DNA of 64,000 bases, taken from NCBI GenBank assembly GCA_038245905.1, contig JBBRRY010000016.1:15284-79283 (forward strand). The letters run 5' to 3'. Of the stretch, positions 1 through 10,087 are shown piece after piece. Under the pieces are notes generated by a model. The model was given only the letters and a program-made list of their open reading frames with translations, was not told the origin of the DNA and searched no databases. The position numbers and the translations under genes are program-made. Positions within the stretch are counted from its first letter, which is position 1, and every line of letters starts with the position of its first letter. This DNA is from Thermoanaerobaculia bacterium. GTDB lineage: Bacteria; Acidobacteriota; Thermoanaerobaculia; UBA5066.

Positions 1-769
1 TCTTCAGAACGAGGAGCTGTCCGTCACCGGCGTCGAATGCCATTGAAAGTGAAGAGAGGATTTCCGGATCAGAAACGGACAGAACATGGCGACCGACCAG
101 GAGAGAAAAGAGAGAAGAAGAGATTTCTTTGAATGGAAGAGAGGGCAACCGCGACGCGGTCGAGTGCGAGCCGGCCTTAGCAGAAATTTCCAGTACTTCC
201 CCCTCTGCGGAGACGTACCGGTAGAGCCCCAGTCTTCTCCATTCCGCGCTCTCCGCCTCGAACGACTGCACGTGGCGAGGCGCGATCACGAGAAGGCGCG
301 CGCCCTCGCCGAACGATTCGAGCAGCTGGTCCCTCACCGTCTCGGGCGTGTGCCGAGTGACGAGCGACCCGTCGTCGGGGCACCGCAGCGTTCCCGCCGA
401 GGCAAACAGGAGGCGCAGCACATCGTGGATCTCGGTCGCGGTCCCGACGGTGGAGCGGGCAGAGCGTCCCGGTGACTTCTGCTCGATCGCGAGCGCGGGC
501 AGGACGTGCTCGATGAGGTCCACGTCCGGGCGCTCGAGACGTTCGAGGTATTGGCGCGCGTACGTCGACATGGATTCGACGAACCGGCGCTGGCCCTCCG
601 CGTAGAGCGTGTCGAAGGCGAGCGAGGATTTCCCGGAGCCGGAAGGGCCCGTGACGACGGTGAGCGCGCCGACGGGAAATGAGCACGTCACGTTCTTCAG
701 GTTGTGCGTGCGCGCGCGCACGACCGTGATCGCGCGCGCGCCCCTCGGGCGCCCGGTCTGCCGCGTCAC
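1..769 (-). CDS. uvrA: Excinuclease ABC subunit A, 5' part (runs off window start)
   Basis: Manual translation (absent from ORF track): ITVVRARTHNLKNV...GPSGSGKSSLAFDTLYAEGQRRFVES.STYARQYL, the UvrA N-terminal signature. Open to position 2; GTG start overlaps the upstream TGA (GTGA). Confidence 0.93.
   Translation of the reverse strand, partial: MTRQTGRPRGARAITVVRARTHNLKNVTCSFPVGALTVVTGPSGSGKSSLAFDTLYAEGQRRFVESMSTYARQYLERLERPDVDLIEHVLPALAIEQKSPGRSARSTVGTATEIHDVLRLLFASAGTLRCPDDGSLVTRHTPETVRDQLLESFGEGARLLVIAPRHVQSFEAESAEWRRLGLYRYVSAEGEVLEISAKAGSHSTASRLPSLPFKEISSSLFSLLVGRHVLSVSDPEILSSLSMAFDAGDGQLLVLK
121..135 (-). repeat. Dispersed CCTTCnAAGAAATC motif, single copy in uvrA
   Basis: Minus strand CATTCAAAGAAATCT within a long purine/pyrimidine tract (about 99-145). 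Confidence 0.6.
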
Positions 770-1353
770 CGCGAGAAAACCGCGAGCTGGTTCATGCCGA
801 AAAGGAACCGACGGTAGAGGACGAGGGCGATGCCCGCGCCTCGGCCCGCGTCCGCGAGCGCCTCGCGCCCGAGCAGCGCCTCGTGCTCGTCGTGCGCGTG
901 GGCCGAGAGAAGCCCCAGCGCCGCGCCGGCCTCGAGCGGCCAGCGTCCCGACGGATGCGGCGTCGTCACGATCAGACGTCCCCCCGGAGACAGGAGAGGC
1001 GCCACACAGGCGAGGACACGAGGCGGGTCCGCGACGTGCTCGAGGACCGCGAGGAAAAGAATTCCTTCGAAGGGCGCCTTCGCCGAGAGCGCGGCCGGAG
1101 CCGCGCCGAGGGCGATGTCCCACTCGTGGAAATCCCCGTCCGGAAAACGCTCCCGCTGGAGCCTCAGAACCTCCGGATCCCGGTCACAGCCGGTGTAAGA
1201 AGGGAGACGCCCCGGAAGATCCGTCAGGCCGCAACCGATGTCGAGGACCCGTGCACCGACCGGGACGTGCGGCAGCGCCGCGGCGAGGCGGGCCGCCCCG
1301 ACGCGCTTCGTGAGCCGGCCATAGAAGGGTGAGGAGGCGGAAGGAGGGCGCAC
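766..1353 (-). CDS. Class I SAM-dependent methyltransferase
   Basis: VLDIGCG motif I, AVLEHV, LSPGGRLIVTTP. Confidence 0.85.
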   Translation of the reverse strand: MRPPSASSPFYGRLTKRVGAARLAAALPHVPVGARVLDIGCGLTDLPGRLPSYTGCDRDPEVLRLQRERFPDGDFHEWDIALGAAPAALSAKAPFEGILFLAVLEHVADPPRVLACVAPLLSPGGRLIVTTPHPSGRWPLEAGAALGLLSAHAHDEHEALLGREALADAGRGAGIALVLYRRFLFGMNQLAVFSR

Positions 1354-1391
1354 GCGGGAGTTTTACACCCTCCACCGTAAGATCGTCCCTC

Positions 1392-1877
1392 ATGAGCGAA
1401 CCGGCGTTCACCCTCCGCGACGCACAGCCGGCCGACGTTCCCGCGATCGTCTCCCTGATCCGCGATCTCGCGGAGTACGAAAAGCAGCCCGAGGACTGCC
1501 ATGCCGACCCTCGCCTCCTCGAAGAGCATCTCTTCGGCGCGACGCGCTTTGCCGAAGTCGTCCTGGCCGAGCGGGCCGGCGAGACCGTGGGGTTCGCGCT
1601 TTTCTTCCACAACTACTCGACCTGGCTCACCCGGCCGGGCCTGTACCTTGAAGACCTTTTCGTCAAGCCCGCCTTCCGGGGGCTCGGAATCGGCGAGGCT
1701 CTTCTCACCCATCTTGCCCGGCTTGCGGTCGGCCGCGGCTGCGGACGCCTGGAGTGGAGCGTCCTCACCTGGAACGAAGCCGCAATCAGTTTCTACAGGC
1801 GGCTCGGAGCCGTTCCAATGGACGGGTGGCAGGTCTACCGTCTCGCCGGAGACGCCCTGAACCGTCTCGGGCGATAA
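1392..1877 (+). CDS. GNAT N-acetyltransferase (diamine/spermidine acetyltransferase-like)
   Basis: IRDLAEYEK, FFHNYSTW, LYLEDLFVKPAFRGLGIG, WNEAAISFY. Start set to ATG 1392. Confidence 0.9.
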   Translation: MSEPAFTLRDAQPADVPAIVSLIRDLAEYEKQPEDCHADPRLLEEHLFGATRFAEVVLAERAGETVGFALFFHNYSTWLTRPGLYLEDLFVKPAFRGLGIGEALLTHLARLAVGRGCGRLEWSVLTWNEAAISFYRRLGAVPMDGWQVYRLAGDALNRLGR

Positions 1878-1904
1878 TCGACCATATTCCGGGGGCAGCA
1901 AGAC

Positions 1905-3674
1905 GTGCAAAAGAGCCGATCGCAGACAGACACACAGCCGATTCGCGTCCGCGAGGGGCGGAAGGGTTCCGGCGTCATGCGGCGCCCTGTGTCGCTGCTC
2001 GTGGATTCGCCGGACCCCACGGCACTCTTCGACCGAGCGGGCCGGATTCTCCTTGCGAACGAAGCCGCCCTCGCGGAAGGCACGCCCGGACCGGGGGCAT
2101 TCGACGGCGCGCCCGAGAGTGCGCCGCCTTTCTGGCTTTCGCCCGCCGGGCGCGACAGCCTGATCGAGGCGACCGCCGTGCCGGGAGGCGCGCGGAACTT
2201 CGAGGTGCGCATTCCGGCCGGACCCGAAACGACCGAGCGCATTTTCTGGATCACGACACGCATCGCCGCCGAATCCGCGTCCGGGGGATTTCTCGCGGCG
2301 GCCCGCGAGGTGACCGGGGCAATCGGCGACCTGTCGCGCGCCGGACCCGGCGAGACCGTGGCCGAGGCCGCCGACGCCCTCACCAGGTTCGCGAACCGCG
2401 AGCAGTTCCACTTCGAGCTCGAGCGCGAAATCGCGCGCGCCGACCTCTTCGGGCGGCCTCTCTCGCTCCTCATCATCGGGCTCGACAATTTCAAGACCCT
2501 GAACGACACACACGGGCTCCTCGCGGGCGACGCATACCTCCGTTCGATGGCCGAGACCCTTCGAGGCACGCTGATGGCCGGAGAGACCGCGGGACGCGTG
2601 GGCGGCGACGAGATCGCGATCCTCCTTCCCGGCGCCTCTGCGGCGGAAGCCGCTCCGCGCGCCGAGATGGTGATCGGGCTCATTCGCCGCCTCGCGCCCA
2701 TCTGGGACAGCAATCCGCTCACGCTGACCGCGAGCGCGGGCGTCGCGGTCTTCCCCGAGCATGCGGGCGGCGCCGCGGACCTCTTCCTAGCCGCCGATCT
2801 CGCGATGCACGGGGCCAAGCGTCGCGGCGGGAGCCGCGTGCGCCTCCACGACCCGTCCGATCGCGAGCGCGACCGCACGGGCCGGCTGCGCGAGCAGTCG
2901 AACCGCATCCGCGCCGCCCTCGCCGAGTCCCGATTCGTGCCCTATTTCCAGCCGGTGGCGGAAGTCGGCACGGGCCGCACGGTGGCCGTCGAGACGCTCG
3001 CCCGGATGCGTGAGCCCGATGGGCGCATTGCCCTCCCCGCCGAATTCCTCGGCGCCGCCGAGCGATTCGGCATCGTGACGGCGATCGATCGCGCCATCAT
3101 CGCGGCGGCCTTCGACGCTCTCGCGGCGGCCCGGAAGCGGATCAGCCCCGAGCTCGAGATGGGCATCAATCTGTCGGGCCTCGACTTCGACGACGACACG
3201 CTCGTCGCAGACATCTCGCGGATGGCTCGCGCCAAGGGCATACGCCCCGAACGCGTCACCTTCGAGATCACGGAAACCGCCGCGCTCCGGGACTTCGACC
3301 GCGTGCGCGATTTCACGCACGCGCTCACCAGCGAAGGCTTCCATTTCGCTCTCGACGACTTCGGCATGGGCTTCTCGTCGTTCCGCTACCTCCGGGAGCT
3401 GCCCGTGTCGTCGCTGAAGCTCGACATCAGTTACGTCCGGGACCTCCCGAAGGAGAAGGCGAATCGCGTCTTCGTGCGGGGAATGGCGGGCATCTGCCGC
3501 GGACTCGGCGTCAAGACGGTGGCCGAGGGCGTCGAGACCGAGGAGGTCATGGAGATCCTTCCGGAACTTGGCGTCGACCGCGCACAGGGCTGGCACGTGG
3601 GCTATCCCTCCCCCGACCTCCCGGTCGTCGAAGCGGGCGCCAGCCTCATCCTCCCGCGGAGACCGCGGCCCTGA
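1905..3674 (+). CDS. GGDEF-EAL c-di-GMP signalling protein with degenerate PAS-like N-terminus
   Basis: RVGGDEI, FQP...ETLAR, FEITET, DDFGMGFSS, LKLD, VAEGVET, QG. Start may be 1977. Confidence 0.9.
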   Translation: MQKSRSQTDTQPIRVREGRKGSGVMRRPVSLLVDSPDPTALFDRAGRILLANEAALAEGTPGPGAFDGAPESAPPFWLSPAGRDSLIEATAVPGGARNFEVRIPAGPETTERIFWITTRIAAESASGGFLAAAREVTGAIGDLSRAGPGETVAEAADALTRFANREQFHFELEREIARADLFGRPLSLLIIGLDNFKTLNDTHGLLAGDAYLRSMAETLRGTLMAGETAGRVGGDEIAILLPGASAAEAAPRAEMVIGLIRRLAPIWDSNPLTLTASAGVAVFPEHAGGAADLFLAADLAMHGAKRRGGSRVRLHDPSDRERDRTGRLREQSNRIRAALAESRFVPYFQPVAEVGTGRTVAVETLARMREPDGRIALPAEFLGAAERFGIVTAIDRAIIAAAFDALAAARKRISPELEMGINLSGLDFDDDTLVADISRMARAKGIRPERVTFEITETAALRDFDRVRDFTHALTSEGFHFALDDFGMGFSSFRYLRELPVSSLKLDISYVRDLPKEKANRVFVRGMAGICRGLGVKTVAEGVETEEVMEILPELGVDRAQGWHVGYPSPDLPVVEAGASLILPRRPRP

Positions 3675-3679
3675 TTCAA

Positions 3680-5395
3680 TTGTCCCGTAGCGGGAAGGGC
3701 CGTGTATCGGGGCTCGCCGTCGACGTCGCGCTCTTCGTCGTGCTCGGTGCACTCGTGGCCAGCGTCGTCGGGCTCGCCCAACGCTGGGAAGCGCCGATTC
3801 GCCAGGCCGTGGAGATCGACCTTTCGCCCTCGGCCCTGCCTCTGTACACCCTTCTGTCGCTGTCGCGCGGTTTCGCGGCGTACCTTCTGTCCCTCGCCTT
3901 CACGCTCGTCTACGGGACGATCGCGGCGCACGGCAAGCGCGCCGAGAAGGTCATGCTTCCGCTTCTCGACATCGGACAGGGGATTCCCGTGCTCGGCTTC
4001 CTCCCGGGGCTCGTCCTCGGGATGGTCGCGCTCTTCCCGCGCACGAACGTCGGCCTCGAGCTCGCCTGCATCATCATGATCTTCACCGGGCAGGTCTGGA
4101 ACATGACGTTCTCCTACATCGGTTCCCTGCGTTCGATACCCGAGGAGCTCCATGAAGTCGCCCGCATCCATCGCTTCTCGTTCTGGAAGCGCTTTCGGAT
4201 CGTGGAGGTGTCCTCCTCGGTGATCGGGCTCGTCTGGAACTCGATGATGTCGATGGCCGGTGGCTGGTTCTTCCTGACCGTCAACGAGGCCTTCACGCTC
4301 GGCGACCGGGACTTCCGGCTGCCCGGCATCGGCTCGTACATGGCGGTCGCCATCGAAAAGGGCGACTCCAGGGCCATGGCGTGGGCCATCTTCGCGATGA
4401 TCGTCATGATCGTGGCATGCGACCAGCTTCTCTGGCGCCCCCTCGTCGCCTGGTCGCAGCGCTTCCGGAACGCGGACGTCGAGGGCGAGGCGGCCCCGGA
4501 ATCGTGGGTCCTGAATCTCGTACGCCGCTCGGCGTTCCTCCGGAGGCTTCGTCTTCGCAGACGGCGCCGCCACGGCGCCGCGGCCCCGTCCCCGGTCTCG
4601 CCACCGGCCCTCGCCGAGACCGGCGCCGACACGCGGAGCGCGCGCGTCCGGACCGGCATCCTCGTCGCGTTCGGCCTTGCGGCGCTCGCCGGCGCGCTCC
4701 TCGGAGCGTGGAAGCTCGTCGGCCTTCTCGCGCGGGTCCCCTCCGGCGAATGGGTGGTCCTTGTCTCGGCCCTCGGTGCGACGTTCCTCCGGACCCTCGC
4801 GGCTCTCGCGCTCGCGACGGCCTGGACGCTCCCGATCGGGATCCTCGTGGGCCGCTCCGCCGTCTGGTCGCGGCGCCTCCAACCCGTCGTCCAGATCGTG
4901 GCCTCGTTCCCGGCTCCCATGCTCTTTCCCATCGTGACCGGCGTTCTTCTCGCTCTCCGCGTGCCGTTCGGCGCCATTGCCGCGGTCCTCATGTTCCTGG
5001 GCGCGCAGTGGTACGTGCTCTTCAACGTCCTCGCGGGCGCGAGCGCCATTCCGCACGATCTCGACGAGGCCGCCGACGTCTACGCGATGAAGGGCACCGC
5101 GCGCTGGCGCAAGCTCTTCGTGCCGGCGGTGTTCCCCTTCCTCGTGACGGGCCTCGTGACGGCCGCAGGAGGAGCGTGGAACGCGTCGATCGTGGCCGAG
5201 ACGCTGACATGGCGCGGAAGAACGCTGGAGACGTTCGGCCTCGGCTCGCTCATCACGAAGGCGACGCGCGACGCCAACTTCCCTCTTCTGACTGCCGGCG
5301 TGCTGACGATGTCCCTCGCTCTCGTGCTCCTGAACCGCCTCGTCTGGCGCCGCCTCTACCGTCTCGCCGAGACGAAGTACAGTCTCAACCGATGA
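3680..5395 (+). CDS. ABC transporter permease, NitT/TauT family, two membrane domains
   Basis: Two BPD_transp_1-like hydrophobic halves; WNMTFS and SMAGGWFFL motifs. Confidence 0.88.
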   Translation: MSRSGKGRVSGLAVDVALFVVLGALVASVVGLAQRWEAPIRQAVEIDLSPSALPLYTLLSLSRGFAAYLLSLAFTLVYGTIAAHGKRAEKVMLPLLDIGQGIPVLGFLPGLVLGMVALFPRTNVGLELACIIMIFTGQVWNMTFSYIGSLRSIPEELHEVARIHRFSFWKRFRIVEVSSSVIGLVWNSMMSMAGGWFFLTVNEAFTLGDRDFRLPGIGSYMAVAIEKGDSRAMAWAIFAMIVMIVACDQLLWRPLVAWSQRFRNADVEGEAAPESWVLNLVRRSAFLRRLRLRRRRRHGAAAPSPVSPPALAETGADTRSARVRTGILVAFGLAALAGALLGAWKLVGLLARVPSGEWVVLVSALGATFLRTLAALALATAWTLPIGILVGRSAVWSRRLQPVVQIVASFPAPMLFPIVTGVLLALRVPFGAIAAVLMFLGAQWYVLFNVLAGASAIPHDLDEAADVYAMKGTARWRKLFVPAVFPFLVTGLVTAAGGAWNASIVAETLTWRGRTLETFGLGSLITKATRDANFPLLTAGVLTMSLALVLLNRLVWRRLYRLAETKYSLNR

Positions 5396-6735
5396 GCGCC
5401 CGCGAGAGCCCCGCCCTCGTCTCCCCGATCGCCGCCGCCCGGGGCGTCGACAAGGTCTACGCCGACGAGGCAGGACGAAATCGCGTCATCCTCAAACACG
5501 TCGATTTCGAGGTGAGGGAGAACGAAGTCGTGGCCGTCCTCGGGCCGTCGGGCTGCGGGAAATCCACGCTGCTCCGCATCCTCATCGGCCTGATCCCGCC
5601 GAGCGCGGGAACCGTCGAGCAGCACGGCAAGCCGCTCGAGGGCATCCACCCCGGCGCCGCGGTCGTGTTCCAGAATTTCGCCCTCTTTCCGTGGCTCTCC
5701 GTCTCGGACAACGTGCGTGTGGGTCTGAACGACCGCCCGCTGCCCGCGGGAGACGCGGAGGCGCGCGTGAAGGCAGTGCTCGCTGCCGTCGGCCTCTCGG
5801 GACACGAGCGCGACTATCCCAAGGAGCTGTCCGGCGGCATGAAGCAGCGCGTCGGGATCGCGCGGGCGCTCGTGGGGCGGCCCGAGCTCCTCTGCATGGA
5901 CGAGCCGTTCTCGGCCCTCGACGTGCTGACGGCGGAACTGCTCCGCACCGAGGTGTACCGCCTCTTCACGGAACGGACGAGCGGGCTCTCTTCGGTTCTC
6001 CTCATCACGCATCTCATCGAGGAAGCCGTCTTTCTCGGGGACCGCATCGTCGTCCTCGGCGCGAACCCCGGCACGGTGCGCCGGGAGATCGTGAACACGG
6101 TTCCGCATCCACGCGAGTACCGCAGTCCCGCCTTCCTTCAGATGGTTGAGCTGATTCACGACGTCGTCACCGGAGTTCATCTCCCCGACTCTCCTTCCGC
6201 CCCGGCGGCCACGGTCCCGGGGCGCCGCCTCGCGGGACCGGTCTCCCCGCTCCCGGCCGTGCGCATCGGCGAGATCCTCGGCCTCCTCGAGATCCTTGCA
6301 GATCAAGGGGGCACGATGAATCTCTTCGACATCGACGCGCTGACGGACTACGACTTCGGCCGCACGATCGCCGTCGCGAAAGCGGCCGAGATGCTCGACT
6401 TCGTGGACACGCCGAAGAACGACGTCGTGCTGACGGAATCCGGCCGCCGGATGGTGAAAGCCTCGACCGCCGAGCGGCCCGCCCTCCTGCGCACCGAAGT
6501 ACTCAAGCTCGGTGTCTTCTGCCTCGTCATCCGCGAGCTCGCGAAGGATCCCGACGTGCCGCTCGCGGGAGATGCCGTGCGCGACCTGCTCGCCGAGCAC
6601 CTGCCGACGGTGGACGCGTCGGAGCTGTTCGGGACCCTGATCAACTGGGGCCGAGCCGGGCAGCTCTTCGACTTCGAATCGGCGTCCGACGCACTCGCGC
6701 TCTATTCGGGCCGCGAGGAAGAGGCCGGGGGCTGA
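5392..6735 (+). CDS. ABC transporter ATP-binding protein, NitT/TauT family, with C-terminal AAA-associated domain
   Basis: GPSGCGKS, LSGGMKQR, DEPFSALD; C-terminal extension ending INWGR. ATGA overlap with the permease stop. Confidence 0.92.
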   Translation: MSARESPALVSPIAAARGVDKVYADEAGRNRVILKHVDFEVRENEVVAVLGPSGCGKSTLLRILIGLIPPSAGTVEQHGKPLEGIHPGAAVVFQNFALFPWLSVSDNVRVGLNDRPLPAGDAEARVKAVLAAVGLSGHERDYPKELSGGMKQRVGIARALVGRPELLCMDEPFSALDVLTAELLRTEVYRLFTERTSGLSSVLLITHLIEEAVFLGDRIVVLGANPGTVRREIVNTVPHPREYRSPAFLQMVELIHDVVTGVHLPDSPSAPAATVPGRRLAGPVSPLPAVRIGEILGLLEILADQGGTMNLFDIDALTDYDFGRTIAVAKAAEMLDFVDTPKNDVVLTESGRRMVKASTAERPALLRTEVLKLGVFCLVIRELAKDPDVPLAGDAVRDLLAEHLPTVDASELFGTLINWGRAGQLFDFESASDALALYSGREEEAGG

Positions 6736-6736
6736 A

Positions 6737-7612
6737 GTGGCTCTGCCGCTGCGCCTCGTGTCCCGGACCGCCGCGGCGCTCTCGGAGAGGCGCGCGCGCC
6801 TCGACGCCCTCCTCGCGCGCATCTCGGGTCCGCCGTCGGGCGAGACGCTTCACGATCTTCGCGTCGCGCTTCGACGAATCGCTGCCCTCGCGCGCTTGAC
6901 CGGCGACGCGCCCCGGAAGGGCTCGGGCCGCGCGCTCCGGATCGCGGCGCGGGACCTTCGACGCGCCCTTTCGACGCGCCGGACGGAGGACGTCGCGCGC
7001 ACTTTGCTCGTCGGCCGTTTCCGGAGGGATCCGCTACGGCGGCCGGTCGCCACGCGCCTCGTCGCGCGGCTCGCGAGAGAGGGCGATCCCGGACCCTCTC
7101 CCGCACACACACGCGCCCTTCTCTCCCGGCTGCGCCGCGCCCTTACGCGTCGAGAGACCTCTCTCGCGCATCTCCACGACCCACTCACCGGGACCGCCGA
7201 CCCCGGCTCCGAGAAATGCCTTGCGAAGGCCGTTCGGCGCCGCCTGCGCAGGGCCGCGAAACACCTTCAAGCCGTCGGAGCGCCCGGCCCCGCAAACCTC
7301 CACCCGGCGCGGATCCTCGCCCGGGACCTCCGCTACGGCCTCGAATTCACGGGCGCCGCGATGCCGGCCCCCACCGCCCTCGTTCCCCTTCTCATGGACT
7401 TTCAGGACACCGCCGGCGCCGCGCACGACCTCTCCGAGCTCATCGCCCTGGTCCGGCGCCTCGCGGGACGCTCGCGGACCGTGGACCGGCGTGCCGCCTT
7501 GCGCCTGCTGCCGCCGATTCTCGCCGCCGAGGAGCGCGCGCTCGCGCGCGCCCAGGCGTCCTCGAAGCGGCTTCTCGCGAGCCTGAAGAACGTGGACTTC
7601 GAATGGCCTTGA
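6737..7612 (+). CDS. CHAD domain protein (polyphosphate-binding family)
   Basis: LHDLRVALRR, LHPARILARDLRYGLE, QDTAGAAHD; Arg-rich helical protein. Confidence 0.82.
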   Translation: MALPLRLVSRTAAALSERRARLDALLARISGPPSGETLHDLRVALRRIAALARLTGDAPRKGSGRALRIAARDLRRALSTRRTEDVARTLLVGRFRRDPLRRPVATRLVARLAREGDPGPSPAHTRALLSRLRRALTRRETSLAHLHDPLTGTADPGSEKCLAKAVRRRLRRAAKHLQAVGAPGPANLHPARILARDLRYGLEFTGAAMPAPTALVPLLMDFQDTAGAAHDLSELIALVRRLAGRSRTVDRRAALRLLPPILAAEERALARAQASSKRLLASLKNVDFEWP

Positions 7613-9432
7613 AGCGAGCCCTCTCTCGCCTCCTCGCCGTTTCGGCTTTCGCGTCCGTATGGCCGGCCTCGGGCGTCGATTCCGCGGACCTTCGGGCCGG
7701 TCGGCGCGTCGTCGTCGTCTCATTCGACGGCGCGAGCGGCCTCGAATTCGGACGGCGACTCACGGCCGGCTTCTTTTCTCCGAACGGCTTTGCGCGCGCG
7801 GCGAAAGAAGGCGAGGCCGCCTCGCGACTGGCCGTGGTCACCCCGTCCCTCACGTCGGTCTCGCACGTCGCGCTCGCGACCGGCGCGCCGCCCGGCAGGA
7901 CCGGAATCGTCGGAAACACTTTTCATCCCGCGGGAGCCGCCCTCCTCGAGCGGCGCAGGGGCTTCGACGTCGATCCCGAGGTCGAAACACTTTGGGAGGC
8001 GGCCGCCCGACAGGGCAAGCGCGTGGCATCTCTCAGCTTCCCGGGCGCCTCTCAACGGACGGCTCGCACGCGCACGGCTCTGGCCCTGAACTACAACGAG
8101 GCGTTCCCGAAGGGCATCTTCTGGAAGGGGCCTCTCGCCTCGACTCCTTTCGCCGCCGTCTCGAAGCTGCCGGCGGGAGTCGCCTCGTTCTCGCCAGCAA
8201 AGTCGTTCGACCTCGACGGGCTTCCCTTTCTCATCCTCGACTCCACGGACGACGGCGTAACGAACTACGACACGCTCGCCGTCCTCTCGGCGGACGGAAC
8301 CGCGCGCGCAGAGGCCCGTGTGGGCGGCTGGTTTCCCATCTCCGAGCGCCGGGACGACGGAGTCGATACGGGGGTCCTCTTCGGCCGCTGGTCGAAGCTC
8401 CTCGCGCTTGCCCCGGATGTGTCCACGGTCTCGCTCTATCTCGGCGATCGCTATCGCACGGTGGCGAACCCCCCGGAGTTCCGGCGCGCGATCGAGGAGA
8501 GGGCCGGCTTCTGGCCGGGCCTGCCCGACATGGCCTTCCTCCGGCGGACCGATCCCGACATTCCGAGCTTTCTCGAGCAGGCGCGACGTCTCACGCGCTT
8601 CTTCGTGGACGCATTCGACGTGGCCGACCGCCGGAGCGACTGGGACCTCCTGCTCGCCTACATCCCGATCCTCGACGAATGCGAGCACGACCTGCTCGTG
8701 ACCGACCCCGCGCAGCCCTTCTATACGAAGGCGCTCGCGGCAAAGACGGCCGCCGCCCTCGACGAGGCCTGGCACGCGGCAGACGAGGCCGCGGCGCGCT
8801 ACCTGAAGTTTCGGGAGAAGGGAGACGTCTTCTTCGTGTCCGACCATGGCATGCGCGCCATGACACGGTCGATCTACCCTGCCGCGATCCTCGCGCGCGC
8901 GGGCCTCCTCAAGCTCGCGCCCGGACCCCACGGCCGTCTCGAAACGGCGCCGGACTCGCCGCTCGACTTCATCGCCGCGAGCGGAGGCACGGGCTTCGTG
9001 GTCGTGAACCGCGCGGGCCTGCCCGGAGGCGTCGTGCCGGAGGGCGAAGCCGAAGCCATCGTCTCGAACGCCGCCGCGGTTCTCCGCGCCACGAAGGATG
9101 AAAAGGGAGCATCCGTCTTCGCCTTCGTGGCCGCGAGGATGGAGGCAGCGGCGCTCGGCCTCGGTCACCCGAACGCGGGCGACCTCGTGCTCATCGCGGC
9201 GGGCCCGCGTTATCTGCGCGGCGACCTTCCGGCGGGCGGAGACCTGGCGGCTCTCGGCCCGCCCGAGGTCCCCGGCCAGCACGGATTCGATGCCGATCCG
9301 GCTCTCGACGGCCTGTACCTTCACGTGGGGGACGGCGTCGGATCCCGGCGCCTCGGTGTCGTGCGCGAGCTGGACGTGGCAGGCCTCGTCGCCGCCCGCC
9401 TCGGCATCGCGCCGCCGGGACAGCTGCCGTGA
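7603..9432 (+). CDS. Secreted alkaline phosphatase-superfamily (nucleotide pyrophosphatase/phosphodiesterase) protein
   Basis: Signal peptide, VVSFDG, SLTSVSH (Thr nucleophile), VSDHG, GQHG. Confidence 0.85.
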   Translation: MALKRALSRLLAVSAFASVWPASGVDSADLRAGRRVVVVSFDGASGLEFGRRLTAGFFSPNGFARAAKEGEAASRLAVVTPSLTSVSHVALATGAPPGRTGIVGNTFHPAGAALLERRRGFDVDPEVETLWEAAARQGKRVASLSFPGASQRTARTRTALALNYNEAFPKGIFWKGPLASTPFAAVSKLPAGVASFSPAKSFDLDGLPFLILDSTDDGVTNYDTLAVLSADGTARAEARVGGWFPISERRDDGVDTGVLFGRWSKLLALAPDVSTVSLYLGDRYRTVANPPEFRRAIEERAGFWPGLPDMAFLRRTDPDIPSFLEQARRLTRFFVDAFDVADRRSDWDLLLAYIPILDECEHDLLVTDPAQPFYTKALAAKTAAALDEAWHAADEAAARYLKFREKGDVFFVSDHGMRAMTRSIYPAAILARAGLLKLAPGPHGRLETAPDSPLDFIAASGGTGFVVVNRAGLPGGVVPEGEAEAIVSNAAAVLRATKDEKGASVFAFVAARMEAAALGLGHPNAGDLVLIAAGPRYLRGDLPAGGDLAALGPPEVPGQHGFDADPALDGLYLHVGDGVGSRRLGVVRELDVAGLVAARLGIAPPGQLP

Positions 9433-10082
9433 TCGCGCCCGCCGTACCTGTCATCCCCGTCGCGTGGGTTGCATCGTCCGCAGACGTTGCGATTCAACCT
9501 CCGTGGACGCTCTCCGGACTGGACGGCGCGCCCGCAAGGTTCGTCGAGACCCGTGTGCGCTTAGCCGCCACGGCGGAGCAGTTCGTCGTCCTCTTCGAGT
9601 CCACAGCCGAACCGCCGCTTACCGTCGAGCGCCGGCGCGGCGAGGACGTCTTCGATGACGAATGCGTCGAGCTCTTCCTTTGCCCGCCCGAGGAGCCATA
9701 CCAGTACCAGGAAGTCGTCGTCAATCCGGCCGGCGCCGTCTACGCGGCACGCGTCGTGAACCCGCACGACAGCCGCCGAACGTGGAACGTCGTCAGGGGA
9801 GAGCCCCCGGCCGGAGTCTTCATCGACGCGCAGGGAGATCCGGCGGCGGGTCCGGCGACGGCGTGGATGCGATGGAGCTGTCGTCTCGCCATTCCGTGGT
9901 CGTCCCTTCCTCCCGGTCTCCCGCCGGCGCCCGGCGAAGAGAGGCGTGGAAACGTCACACGGATCGCGCGCGGGCGTTCGACGGAATTCCTCGTGCTCTC
10001 GCCGACGTTTCGCGCGAATCCGCCGGACTTTCACGTGCCGAGCCGTTTCGCGCGGTTCGTCTTCGGCACGCGACCGGCCTGA
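9429..10082 (+). CDS. CBM9-like/DOMON-like domain protein
   Basis: DECVELFL, YQEVVVNPAG, LAIPWSSL, DFHVPSRF. GTGA overlap with the upstream gene. Confidence 0.7.
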   Translation: MIAPAVPVIPVAWVASSADVAIQPPWTLSGLDGAPARFVETRVRLAATAEQFVVLFESTAEPPLTVERRRGEDVFDDECVELFLCPPEEPYQYQEVVVNPAGAVYAARVVNPHDSRRTWNVVRGEPPAGVFIDAQGDPAAGPATAWMRWSCRLAIPWSSLPPGLPPAPGEERRGNVTRIARGRSTEFLVLSPTFRANPPDFHVPSRFARFVFGTRPA

Positions 10083-10087
10083 TCGCT

